This document shows positions 48,898-57,382 of a stretch of DNA of 64,000 bases, piece after piece. The first letter of the stretch is position 1, and the number at the start of each line of letters is the position of its first letter. The notes beneath the pieces are model-generated. The model saw only the letters and a list, made by a program, of their open reading frames with translations. It made no database searches and had not been told where the DNA came from. The DNA lies in contig CAZBZO010000001.1 in NCBI GenBank assembly GCA_964496425.1, forward strand, positions 205,744 through 269,743, written 5' to 3'. Made by a program: the position numbers and the translations under genes. This DNA is from an uncultured Candidatus Saccharibacteria bacterium (GTDB lineage: Bacteria > Patescibacteriota > Minisyncoccia > Phycocordibacterales > UBA9973).

Positions 48898-49040
48898 AGT
48901 GCGCCTCGAGTACGACGACTGCTCGTCGTACGGGCAGGAATCGAACGTCGGAACGATGTCATATCAGCAGACATGACCGTGAGGCGGTGCCCAAGCCGAA
49001 CTGAGCGACGGCGAAGTGAGAGCTGCGGGAGATTTCTGTA
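48898..49040 (-). ncRNA. Unclassified structured-RNA-like element, copy B (inverted homolog of 48420-48575)
   Basis: It has the same architecture as copy A. The hairpins in plus coordinates are 48910-48918/48923-48931 and 48958-48965/48970-48977, with fully different but complementary stem sequences. The 3' tail GGCGCAC can pair with the antisense 3' end of tRNA-Arg. An A8/T7-flanked small hairpin lies at 48866-48893. Confidence 0.35.
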
Positions 49041-49342
49041 TGTTCCTGTGATTGAGTACAATCACCTACTGGGTAAGGAAAGATATCCTGCGCAGGTAGA
49101 AATCTAAAAGTACCAACGACGATAGCTCGAGATATTATGCCGGGCATCTCAATTCATTTGTCCTTTATTATTCAAAAAGGCCCTTATTTATCAACAATTT
49201 GGGGATAACTATGTGTACTATGTGCATAAAGGACATATCTTATTTTGTCGGTTTACAAAGCCATATTTGTATAATGTCCTTAATTAACAAGCTTAAATCT
49301 GAAAGACAACCTTTAAAAACGCTTTTTATGTCTTATAAAGTC

Positions 49343-49366
49343 AAAGTGTTTCACGTGAAACACTTT
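49343..49366. promoter_or_regulatory. 24-bp perfect palindrome, candidate operator
   Basis: The sequence is AAAGTGTTTCACGTGAAACACTTT. A second related inverted repeat AGTTTCacaaGAAACT lies at 49372-49387. Both are about 40-80 bp upstream of the yraN-like gene. Confidence 0.5.
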
Positions 49367-49422
49367 ATATAAGTTTCACAAGAAACTATTCATTTTTTGC
49401 TTGCAGATGGTACTATTTTATT

Positions 49423-49854
49423 ATGCCAAAGGTGTTTACATCAGCATCTCAAAAAACGGGGGAGATCGGAGAGGGTGTGGCTGCCCGATATTTTGAAAAG
49501 CAAGGCTACCGGATCCTTGAACGTAATTTTACTCGGAAATGGGGAGAGATAGATATTGTGGCGGAAAAGGGGATAGGTCAGGGAAGTGAGCTCCATTTTA
49601 TCGAAGTGAAGTCAGTCAGTAGGGATTTGAGTGGGGGAGTTGACGGGGTAGATGAGATCTCTGTCGATCAGTATAAACCGGAAGACAATATGCATCCGTG
49701 GAAGCTTCAGCGTCTGTCGCGCACCATCATGACGTATCTTTTAGAAAAAAATATTCCGGACGAAAAAATCTGGCAGTTTGATCTAGCTTGTGTCTATCTT
49801 GACCTTGTGCACAAAAAAGCCAAGGTGGTAGTGGAAGAAAATATTATTTTGTAG
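49423..49854 (+). CDS. yraN: YraN/UPF0102-family endonuclease-like protein
   Basis: 143 aa with GEGVAARYFEKQGYRILERNFTRKWGEIDIVAEKG...HFIEVKSVSRD, the YraN pattern. Confidence 0.65.
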   Translation: MPKVFTSASQKTGEIGEGVAARYFEKQGYRILERNFTRKWGEIDIVAEKGIGQGSELHFIEVKSVSRDLSGGVDGVDEISVDQYKPEDNMHPWKLQRLSRTIMTYLLEKNIPDEKIWQFDLACVYLDLVHKKAKVVVEENIIL

Positions 49855-50092
49855 TCCTTTTTATCCTCGAGGAAGATCGGGAGATCTGTCGGCAAGGGTG
49901 TCAGTGTTTCCGAGTACCCCGTCCCGCTTTCGCGGGGCGAAGCGAGGAGAGAGATTTTTGAAAACACTAGTGACACGCGTACCGGCAGGTCTCCTGACCC
50001 CAAAGGCAAGGCCTCTGGGTAATTCCTATCAAACCACAACAATCTGTTGCGATCTGAATAAGAAGCCAAAGTCTTACGGGACTTTGGCACGC

Positions 50093-50440
50093 TTAATTTT
50101 CTGGCAGTTCCAGCCAATCGCTTGGTGAAACATCGAGCGTTATTTCGCTCTGGTTAGGCAGTGTGACAAAAATTTGTCCACTACCATCAGAAAACACACG
50201 AAACTGCTCATCGGGAATCTCTTTAACATTTGAGATCCTGCCCTTAAGTCGTTCCGCTTCATTTTTTGCGAGCTTAAGCCAGGCATAAAAAATTTTCATG
50301 CTTAGTCTCACATGTTCGAGTTGTAAAACTTTTACAATTTGCTTTTCCACTGTATATGGCCCTCCGCGGCCGTTTTTAAATGAACAAATTTGAACTCTCT
50401 TGAATCCGCCACAATGTGATGAACTCAACAGAGCTGGCAA
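50093..50440 (-). CDS. Hypothetical protein downstream of the Ubl-conjugation operon
   Basis: 115 aa ORF with no motifs. Confidence 0.35.
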   Translation of the reverse strand: MPALLSSSHCGGFKRVQICSFKNGRGGPYTVEKQIVKVLQLEHVRLSMKIFYAWLKLAKNEAERLKGRISNVKEIPDEQFRVFSDGSGQIFVTLPNQSEITLDVSPSDWLELPEN

Positions 50441-50778
50441 GTAAGATACTTACCAAGTCTGCCTCTCCTCTTATTTTATAAAAAGGAATAATCCCTATCA
50501 GTCCACCAATCATTGATGAACTGAACAAGGATCCTCAATAAATTGAGGATTTCGTTGTATAACCCAACCCCTTGTGACCTTTACATCGTCCAGATGGTAT
50601 ACACTTCCTGCATACTCGAGCACCATTATCAGTAACTTGAAACCCCCGTTTCAACCGACGTATGGTGTCCAACTCGCTTGCTTTTTGTAGCATGCATCCG
50701 AAGATGCAGAGTGACGAAAAACAAGAAACATCTGAAAACTAACTATATGCTAGTCTTTTTAAAACCGGCTAAAACGAT

Positions 50779-51438
50779 TTATTTAAAAATAAAGAGCAAG
50801 CGCTTTTTATCACGCGATACTCCAATTTTTATTACATCATTCTCGAGCACCTTTAGGTACCCGCCCTGCCCGTTATCTTCGGTTTCAGTTCCAGGCTTAG
50901 GTTCCGGTATTGGTGCAGGTGCCGGTGGTTCCGGTTTCCTGTTGATGAGAATTTCATCCCCGTTTTCAAGAACGGTGTTGAGATTTCCCTCTTTACCATC
51001 TACAGTGATGATTTCCTTTTCGGCATCAAATCGGATGCCAGCGATCTGCAAAGCATTGGCTACTGTTCCGTCGCCGGGTTGGGCTTCAGGTTCAGAAGCA
51101 TGCAACAATGCCACAGTGTGGCGTTCACCAGGCACGTGGGCGATGGTCACCAAAAATTGGTTGCCCTTAATCTTGGGTACCAACAAAATAATGTCGCCGT
51201 CGGATACAGGTGTGTCCCAGAGCACCAATGTGATTTTCTCCCCTTCCCGGACCGCGAGTTCGCGGCCGTTCAAAAAAGGAACATCAATCATTTCCTTTCC
51301 ATTAGACCCGTATGGGTCTTTTGAGAAAGTGAAATTGCAAACACTGGCAGCAGTTTGCATCGCTGTTAACACCGTTGCAGGTGTATTAATAACAATTTGT
51401 TTTACGGTGCCAGGCACCTTACCACAAGTTAAATTCAT
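50779..51438 (-). CDS. Tandem beta-grasp (ubiquitin-like) protein with an internal Gly-Gly followed by a C-terminal extension
   Basis: 219 aa. There are two ThiS/MoaD-like repeats that end ...VSDGDIILLVPKIKG and ...LENGDEILINRKPE. A Pro/Ala linker is followed by ...TEDNGQGG at residues 193-196, then a 23-aa tail. It is the last gene of the E2-JAB-E1 operon. Confidence 0.5.
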   Translation of the reverse strand: MNLTCGKVPGTVKQIVINTPATVLTAMQTAASVCNFTFSKDPYGSNGKEMIDVPFLNGRELAVREGEKITLVLWDTPVSDGDIILLVPKIKGNQFLVTIAHVPGERHTVALLHASEPEAQPGDGTVANALQIAGIRFDAEKEIITVDGKEGNLNTVLENGDEILINRKPEPPAPAPIPEPKPGTETEDNGQGGYLKVLENDVIKIGVSRDKKRLLFIFK

Positions 51439-51486
51439 TTTTGACAGTTTTGATTGTGAAAAAAAATTGTGAAAAAATTATTTTGC

Positions 51487-52209
51487 TTATTTCCACCCAT
51501 GAGCCGTAGCCACAATGGGTCTGATGCAGAGCATTTCGCTGCTCGCGTGCTGATCACGTTCCTGTAGTTTTACAACAGGTTTGAAATCAACATTGGAAGC
51601 GAACTTCACCAGTTTGTGACTGGCAAGTCCTGCGATCGTGCTCACTACCGTACTTATGGCACGATAGGTGCAGGGAGACTCTTCAGCCTCACTGTCACCA
51701 TAGAGCGTGCCTTCGTATTCACGGACATCGGTCGGGTCGAGCGGCCGCACTGTGTAAATCGTGCCGAGCTCTGCCCCAAGGCGGGTCTCTACAACCAGAC
51801 TGACATCAAGTTGGTATTTAAGGCTGTTAAGCCAAATCTTCTTTCTTGATGACATGGTATCAGTACAAATGTACACGATACCTTCTAGCTTTTGTGATCC
51901 GTCTACCTTTTCGTTGCGAGCGACAACTTCGACGCCGCAATCACGAGAAAGGATTTTTTTGAGAGCTTCGACTTTGGAAAGCCCCACTTCCTCCAAACCG
52001 TAAATCTGGTTTGGAAGGTTGTGAATTTCCACACTGTCGAAGTCCCATGCGGTGATGTTGCTAACCCCCATCTTCGCTAAGATGAAGGCGATCCAGCTTC
52101 CCGTCGCACCGACGCCGATGATGTGCACCGGCGTGGTGAACTGGGCTGGATCAAACATGTCGAGCTGGCGCCAATAATCCGGCGTCAGTAATCCAGATGC
52201 TGGTCCCAT
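51487..52209 (-). CDS. E1-like ThiF/MoeB-family adenylyltransferase
   Basis: 240 aa with the Rossmann motif VHIIGVGATGSWIAFILAKMGVSNITAWDFDSVEIHNLPNQ and IVYICTDTMSSRKKIW. These match MoeB VLIVGLGGLG...LDFDVV..SNLQRQ and the CTDN region. Confidence 0.8.
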   Translation of the reverse strand: MGPASGLLTPDYWRQLDMFDPAQFTTPVHIIGVGATGSWIAFILAKMGVSNITAWDFDSVEIHNLPNQIYGLEEVGLSKVEALKKILSRDCGVEVVARNEKVDGSQKLEGIVYICTDTMSSRKKIWLNSLKYQLDVSLVVETRLGAELGTIYTVRPLDPTDVREYEGTLYGDSEAEESPCTYRAISTVVSTIAGLASHKLVKFASNVDFKPVVKLQERDQHASSEMLCIRPIVATAHGWK

Positions 52210-52871
52210 GTTTTTTGGTTTTTGGGCCAGTTTTTTTCATGGCCGAAGCCGTGAAGTTGAACTGGCTGGTGAACAATTTTTTTGACTTTCTGCTTGACTT
52301 GGTCGCGGATATCCGCTTCCCGAGTATCGTCATGGGGAAGAATTATTTCCCACGAGACGTCGTTGAAACGTAATCCACGTGCAAAGTCATAAAAAGTAAA
52401 CTCTGCCCTGCCGTGGCGGCCGAAAATCCCGCGGATGAACCAGTCGTTACCGTTGGACAATACGTCCATCTGGATTTCGTCCTGACCCGACGGGGATGTG
52501 CTGTTGCTCGGGTGCACGTGGCCCCAAAACTTCAGCGCGTTTACCTTTTCAATTGCTCCGTTCACCAGGAGCTCGGTTGCCACCTTAGCAATATCCGCAG
52601 GTGACATTGCGGTTTCGGCCACTTCCACTTCCTGCTCGAAGAGCATTACTTCTTCGATGGTGTAGACAGAGCTTATTTTTGAAACAGTTCCCAGCCAGGA
52701 GATTTCCTCCCGACCAGAAGCAGCGGCGATGTAGTACATATCCAGGTACGCCGCCAGGCTGACCTTGATATGGGGTACTGCATAATTGAGCAGTACCGTT
52801 TGGGTTTGAAAGTTATGCGGTCGGAACTTGTCCGCCGCATTTACTTTCGTGAAATTATTGAGATATTCCAC
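52185..52871 (-). CDS. JAB/MPN+ (JAMM) metallopeptidase
   Basis: 228 aa. The JAMM motif is exact: E in GREEISWLG, then FWGHVHPSNSTSPSGQD, which fits H-x-H-x7-S-x2-D. Confidence 0.8.
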   Translation of the reverse strand: MEYLNNFTKVNAADKFRPHNFQTQTVLLNYAVPHIKVSLAAYLDMYYIAAASGREEISWLGTVSKISSVYTIEEVMLFEQEVEVAETAMSPADIAKVATELLVNGAIEKVNALKFWGHVHPSNSTSPSGQDEIQMDVLSNGNDWFIRGIFGRHGRAEFTFYDFARGLRFNDVSWEIILPHDDTREADIRDQVKQKVKKIVHQPVQLHGFGHEKNWPKNQKTWDQHLDY

Positions 52872-52918
52872 TGTGTCCGCCCTCCCAGGCAGTTTTTGAT
52901 TTTTGAACTATTTATTTT

Positions 52919-54100
52919 TTACCACTTCAAGTCGTCTTGCGACGGACCTTCTGTAGTTTGAGTTTGTAGTAACTCATCCGCCTTCGGCCACCAGTAAATT
53001 CCCTTACCAGCACTGTCGTCGACATTCACGCTTTTTAGGAACTGAATGGCCAAAATGGCTACTACCGAGTATTGGTACTCTGCGATCAGCTGTGGTAGAG
53101 CCGTCGAGATGTTGCCGAGACAAGCGTCGCCACTTGCCTGTACGTGTGGGTGATGATGGTTGTAGGAGGTGTTACCCTCGAAACCACTTGGTCGGGTGTG
53201 GCCAGGACCTTTACCTTGGTTGGTCAAGTTAAAAAACTTGATACCACCGTTGATAAAAATCTCGATCCGAAATTCACCAATCATATATTTCACCTTGTCA
53301 TGAGTGATATATATCATATCGGTGAAAACTTTAATCACTCCATCCCCAGCCTCGATTTTTTTCACATCCTGTATCGTCAGGAATTTTTCAAATTCCTTTC
53401 TGTAGCCTTCTTCCGCATCGGGCCGCGCTTTTTCAAGCTGCACGAGCTTTTGCTCAGCACCTTTAGTCTCGCGTACCTTGGTCACCAACTCGTCCTGCAA
53501 TTTTTTTATGGCTGTAAAACCCTCATCAATTGCTTTTTTTGTACCTGCCAGCATCTTGTCAAAGCGCTGTGAACAGGCTTTGACGAATGCCTCGCGGCTT
53601 CGGTTCCTCACTTCTTCAGCGCGCTTTTGTTCACGCGCTAATTTTTCTGCAGGGTCTTTTATTTCTATTTCTTTTACCACCTCCTGCAATAGATGGCGAA
53701 AAATTTTGTCGTCTGTATCCTTTCCATGGTGGTATACATCATGGTGAATATATAAGACACTCTCGCCGATAAGCTCGGCAACTGAATATTCTCCGTCGTA
53801 AAAGCTTTTTCCTTCCCCGGAGGGAGAAAAAGCTTCGTCACGGCAATTGACATCGTACCCCCAAATTTTTTGAGGGGGATTGATGTTTTTCCCCCCCCGT
53901 GGCGAACTCCAGATAAAAATCTGGAAATTCATTGTTTCTTTTTTTGATGCCGCACTACCATGTGGCATGGAAACTTCTAACCCTTTTCCATTTAGAGTTA
54001 GAGTGGGGAGGAGAATCTCCTCTACTGCTTTTTGGGCAAGGAGAAGTCCAGCGTCTTGCCATGAAAGGAATTTCACCTCTCCAATGTTTGCGTTGCTCAT
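52919..54100 (-). CDS. Protein with a coiled-coil N-terminal half and a C-terminal E2 (UBC-fold)-like domain
   Basis: 393 aa. The C-terminal ...SYNHHHPHVQASGDACLGNISTALPQ aligns with the UBC active site HPNV-x-x-x-G-x-ICLDIL, placing the catalytic Cys in GDACLGN. Confidence 0.55.
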   Translation of the reverse strand: MSNANIGEVKFLSWQDAGLLLAQKAVEEILLPTLTLNGKGLEVSMPHGSAASKKETMNFQIFIWSSPRGGKNINPPQKIWGYDVNCRDEAFSPSGEGKSFYDGEYSVAELIGESVLYIHHDVYHHGKDTDDKIFRHLLQEVVKEIEIKDPAEKLAREQKRAEEVRNRSREAFVKACSQRFDKMLAGTKKAIDEGFTAIKKLQDELVTKVRETKGAEQKLVQLEKARPDAEEGYRKEFEKFLTIQDVKKIEAGDGVIKVFTDMIYITHDKVKYMIGEFRIEIFINGGIKFFNLTNQGKGPGHTRPSGFEGNTSYNHHHPHVQASGDACLGNISTALPQLIAEYQYSVVAILAIQFLKSVNVDDSAGKGIYWWPKADELLQTQTTEGPSQDDLKW

Positions 54101-55132
54101 TTTACAAAAGTTTTATACCCCTGCAGCATCAATCGGCCTTGGGGCGGTGAAAAAATTTGTTTTTGCTCAGCGTCTGATTGACGTAGACATTTTCTGTGAC
54201 CGACGGGCCACAGATCAATCTGAGCTTCGTCGGTCCGCACATGTCGGATGTCAATCTTGCACCGTTAGCACACGGTACAACATGTCTAAGTTTGTAACCC
54301 GGCTCCCCGCTCTGAAGATCAATCGCCCCAGTCGGACCAGGTTACTCCCTTCCATACAACAGTTTGTAAGTCTCTCTATGCACTGTCTGGTACGCGTAGA
54401 GATTACTTGTCGACTTCTCTTTTAACGTCGGCCGACAGACGACGTTACGTGCCTGGTGGAATACCACCTAAGCCTGATTTGTTTTTCATGGTGTCCTCTT
54501 TTTTGGTGAAAGCGAATGCCGATCATTCAGCATCCAGTTTCACCAAAAGAGACTAGCCACGTGCTCAAGCCACCCAATATCTGTTTCGCACATTTTGTGC
54601 AACAATATTTGTGTTAAGCTATTTAATTTTTTACCCCAATCGATCCATGAAACTATTTCGTGAACCGAAGAAGGGTGACAACATTTCGTTGTCACATGAT
54701 TAACCCGATTAACCATTGACCCCTTTGTAGCTGTTCTGCCGTATTTCAGACGAGGTTGCTGTCCTCTGTCGTTGTGGTGGCTATTGTGTATCCGTACACA
54801 AACTTCACCTTTTATCCTCACGCAACGTCGTGAGCTTTTTGCGAAAGATCAGAAGCGAGTTCTGATCAAGACAAAACCGCTTTTCAGCGCTTTTGTATGA
54901 CCAGATCTCTTCTTTCCCTGCTCCTTTTTTACAGGAGCAATTTTCTCCACCACCTGACGTGGCTTCGAAAATTGGGAAAGATCGATCTTTCCAAGGACTG
55001 TCACGCCCGGAAGCGTGGCAGTCCTGTGACTCATCATTTCCATATTTTTTGGAAATTTAAAGTCAAAACTATTCCCCGCTTCTCGCACGGTGGATATCAC
55101 GCCAAGTTTGTGTCATTGGGGACAGGGGAATT

Positions 55133-55558
55133 TCACATAAGAAATTTTTTCCCAGCAAACCGCAGATATTCTGCGAATGTTTTGGGATGAATTTTTTTAA
55201 GATCCCTCAACGGGATCTGCCAAAGTAAATCTTCCACATGGGGGCTATTTTCCCCATATGGCCTGACAAGGGTTTCCCACTTTGCCCCCGGATATCGGGA
55301 TAATAAGTATCCCGATTTCATAGAGCGCCCGAGGTATATTTGAAAAAATATCCCCCCTCCCGTATTAAAGTGGAGGGTAAGGGTAACTTGTGAGATTTTA
55401 CTTCCCACAACGGTAATCCCGTTGTGGATTTTTTGTTTTTCCTGCAGAAGGAGGATCTCCTCCTCTGCTGAGAGTGCGGGGACAATGTCCTCGCACTCTT
55501 GCTTGATCCGTTCAATTTCATTTTGAAATTGAAGGAAAATAAATTTCGCTGTTCTCAT
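55133..55558 (-). CDS. Hypothetical small protein (doubtful)
   Basis: 141 aa ORF in an otherwise gene-poor, compositionally atypical stretch. No motifs. Confidence 0.25.
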   Translation of the reverse strand: MRTAKFIFLQFQNEIERIKQECEDIVPALSAEEEILLLQEKQKIHNGITVVGSKISQVTLTLHFNTGGGIFFQIYLGRSMKSGYLLSRYPGAKWETLVRPYGENSPHVEDLLWQIPLRDLKKIHPKTFAEYLRFAGKKFLM

Positions 55559-56627
55559 TTTTTTTGATTTTAGGTTAAGAAATACTCGAATACCGAATAC
55601 CGAATCACTTCAGTCGCCGAGTATTTCTTAACCGAGTGGAAAATGAAATCCTTCAATAATATTCAGGATAAAAAACCACTCTATTCACCTCACCAATTGC
55701 CTGATGGGGCTTATGTGGGGAGCATACAACTGGCCCGAGGCAAAACCTCGAGAGTACCCGAGGAATTGCCTCGAGATGCCCCGCACAATATTTTATTTTC
55801 AACGATCACCATCTTGCCCGATCCCGATCTCCCGATCTAGATCAGCTCTCAGTATTTATATCCGCAAATTTTCATTTATAGATATCTCTACTGAATTCCT
55901 TCGCAAGAAGGAGTACGGAGGTAAAGTAATGCCTAACTCTCTCCTCCATACTTCTTGTTACGAATCTCTCCCTTGCCTCGCCGTAGCTTGTTTAGATATT
56001 TGTGGGCTCGCCTCGCCATAGCTTTAGCGAAGGCGGGTCACGCTCCTTATAACGAAATACGGTAGCGTAGTCTTTTTCAACTCTCCCCTCAGAGAATTTC
56101 ACAAAGACATTTCTGGAAACGAAAGTGGGTTAATCTTTCGCATCCAGTCGATCTCTTTGCGAGCCCCTCACTAAATTTTAAAATTTAGTGAGGGGCGAGA
56201 ACGGTGTGCACGTGATCTGTAGTGAGACTCGGGTTTGCGGCCTATGCCTTACTACAACGTGCGGTGCAAACGGAAGCAGGGAAGACTGTTTTTGTGGATA
56301 TACGCTCTTTGCAAACGGCGATTTTTGGCTCCCCTGACCATTCACGTATATCGCAATCTTCCTACTATCCCCTCAAAGAACTCTCTCCGTCTTTGGCCTT
56401 GCGACCTCTTTGACTTTCTTGCTAATAGTATAGCATCTTTAAACTGTTTTGTCAACAATACAGATCAATTATATTTAAAATTGTTATTTTTCTCAATAAA
56501 ATAAGGCTAGAATAGTTATGCACATTGTCATATTTGCGTGACAAAACACAATAATGTAGAATTCTAGGGTGAATCAGTTGCTGTATTAAAAATCTAAAAT
56601 CCCTGCCTGCGCAGGCAGATAGAATCT

Positions 56628-57380
56628 ATGCAAAGTGAAAACATCCTAATCCAAGCCGGACTCTCAGAAGAACAAGCCCTCGTTTACGAGGCTTTGCTTG
56701 AAAAGGGTCCGCAAAAAGCCTCGCCGCTATCGAGCTGGACGGGGATAAAGCGCTCTTTGATCTATAAGATTTTGGAACAGCTGGAAACTATGGGGCTGGT
56801 GGAGAAAAAAGGGGGACCGGGGACAGTGGCAGTATTTTCGCCACTTCATCCTTCACTTCTCATGCACGACCTGGAGCGCAAAGAAAAGGAGCTGGCGCTC
56901 GCAAAAGATATGCTCACGCACTCCTTGGGCACGCTTTCATCGAAATACAATCTGATTGCCGGAAAACCCAATGTGCAGTTTTATGAGGGGAAGGAAGCGA
57001 TCGCACAAGTGACCAATGAATTTCCAAAAAATGAAAAAGAAATTCGCCAGTTTATAAATATCGGACGAGCTATGGAACAATTTCCAGATGAAACTGTTGG
57101 CCATCTCCATCAGCGTATAAAGGCCGGTATCTCTAAAAGAATGATCGTGCCGGATACTGAGCCTAATCGTGCATATGTGAAAAAGGGAAGTGAGCTCACT
57201 GAATTTAGATTTATTAAAAATGTGCTTCCGACCGCTGTCCAAATATATGATGATAAAGTGAGTATGCTGACCCTTACTCCTGAAAAAGTAGTCGGGCTGG
57301 TGATCGAGGACAGTGCTATTTCAGAAACGTTTAAAATGCTCTTCGACGAGTATTGGGAGCGTGTAGCAAAACCGCTGTAA
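56628..57380 (+). CDS. TrmB-family transcriptional regulator
   Basis: 250 aa with an N-terminal winged HTH MQSENILIQAGLSEEQALVYEALLEKGPQKASPLSSWTGIKRSLIYKILEQLETMGLVEKK. A 16-bp perfect palindrome CTGCCTGCGCAGGCAG lies at 56603-56618, just upstream. Confidence 0.75.
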   Translation: MQSENILIQAGLSEEQALVYEALLEKGPQKASPLSSWTGIKRSLIYKILEQLETMGLVEKKGGPGTVAVFSPLHPSLLMHDLERKEKELALAKDMLTHSLGTLSSKYNLIAGKPNVQFYEGKEAIAQVTNEFPKNEKEIRQFINIGRAMEQFPDETVGHLHQRIKAGISKRMIVPDTEPNRAYVKKGSELTEFRFIKNVLPTAVQIYDDKVSMLTLTPEKVVGLVIEDSAISETFKMLFDEYWERVAKPL

Positions 57381-57382
57381 AA

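Noticed and set aside
49794-50128. Overlapping ORFs 49794-50117 (minus) and 49898-50128 (plus)
   Set aside because: They overlap each other across a GC-rich hairpin-rich segment. They are more likely non-coding.
54540-55100. ORFs 54540-54821 and 54849-55100 (minus)
   Set aside because: They are Cys/His-rich with random-looking composition in a compositionally atypical non-coding stretch. There is no supporting signal.
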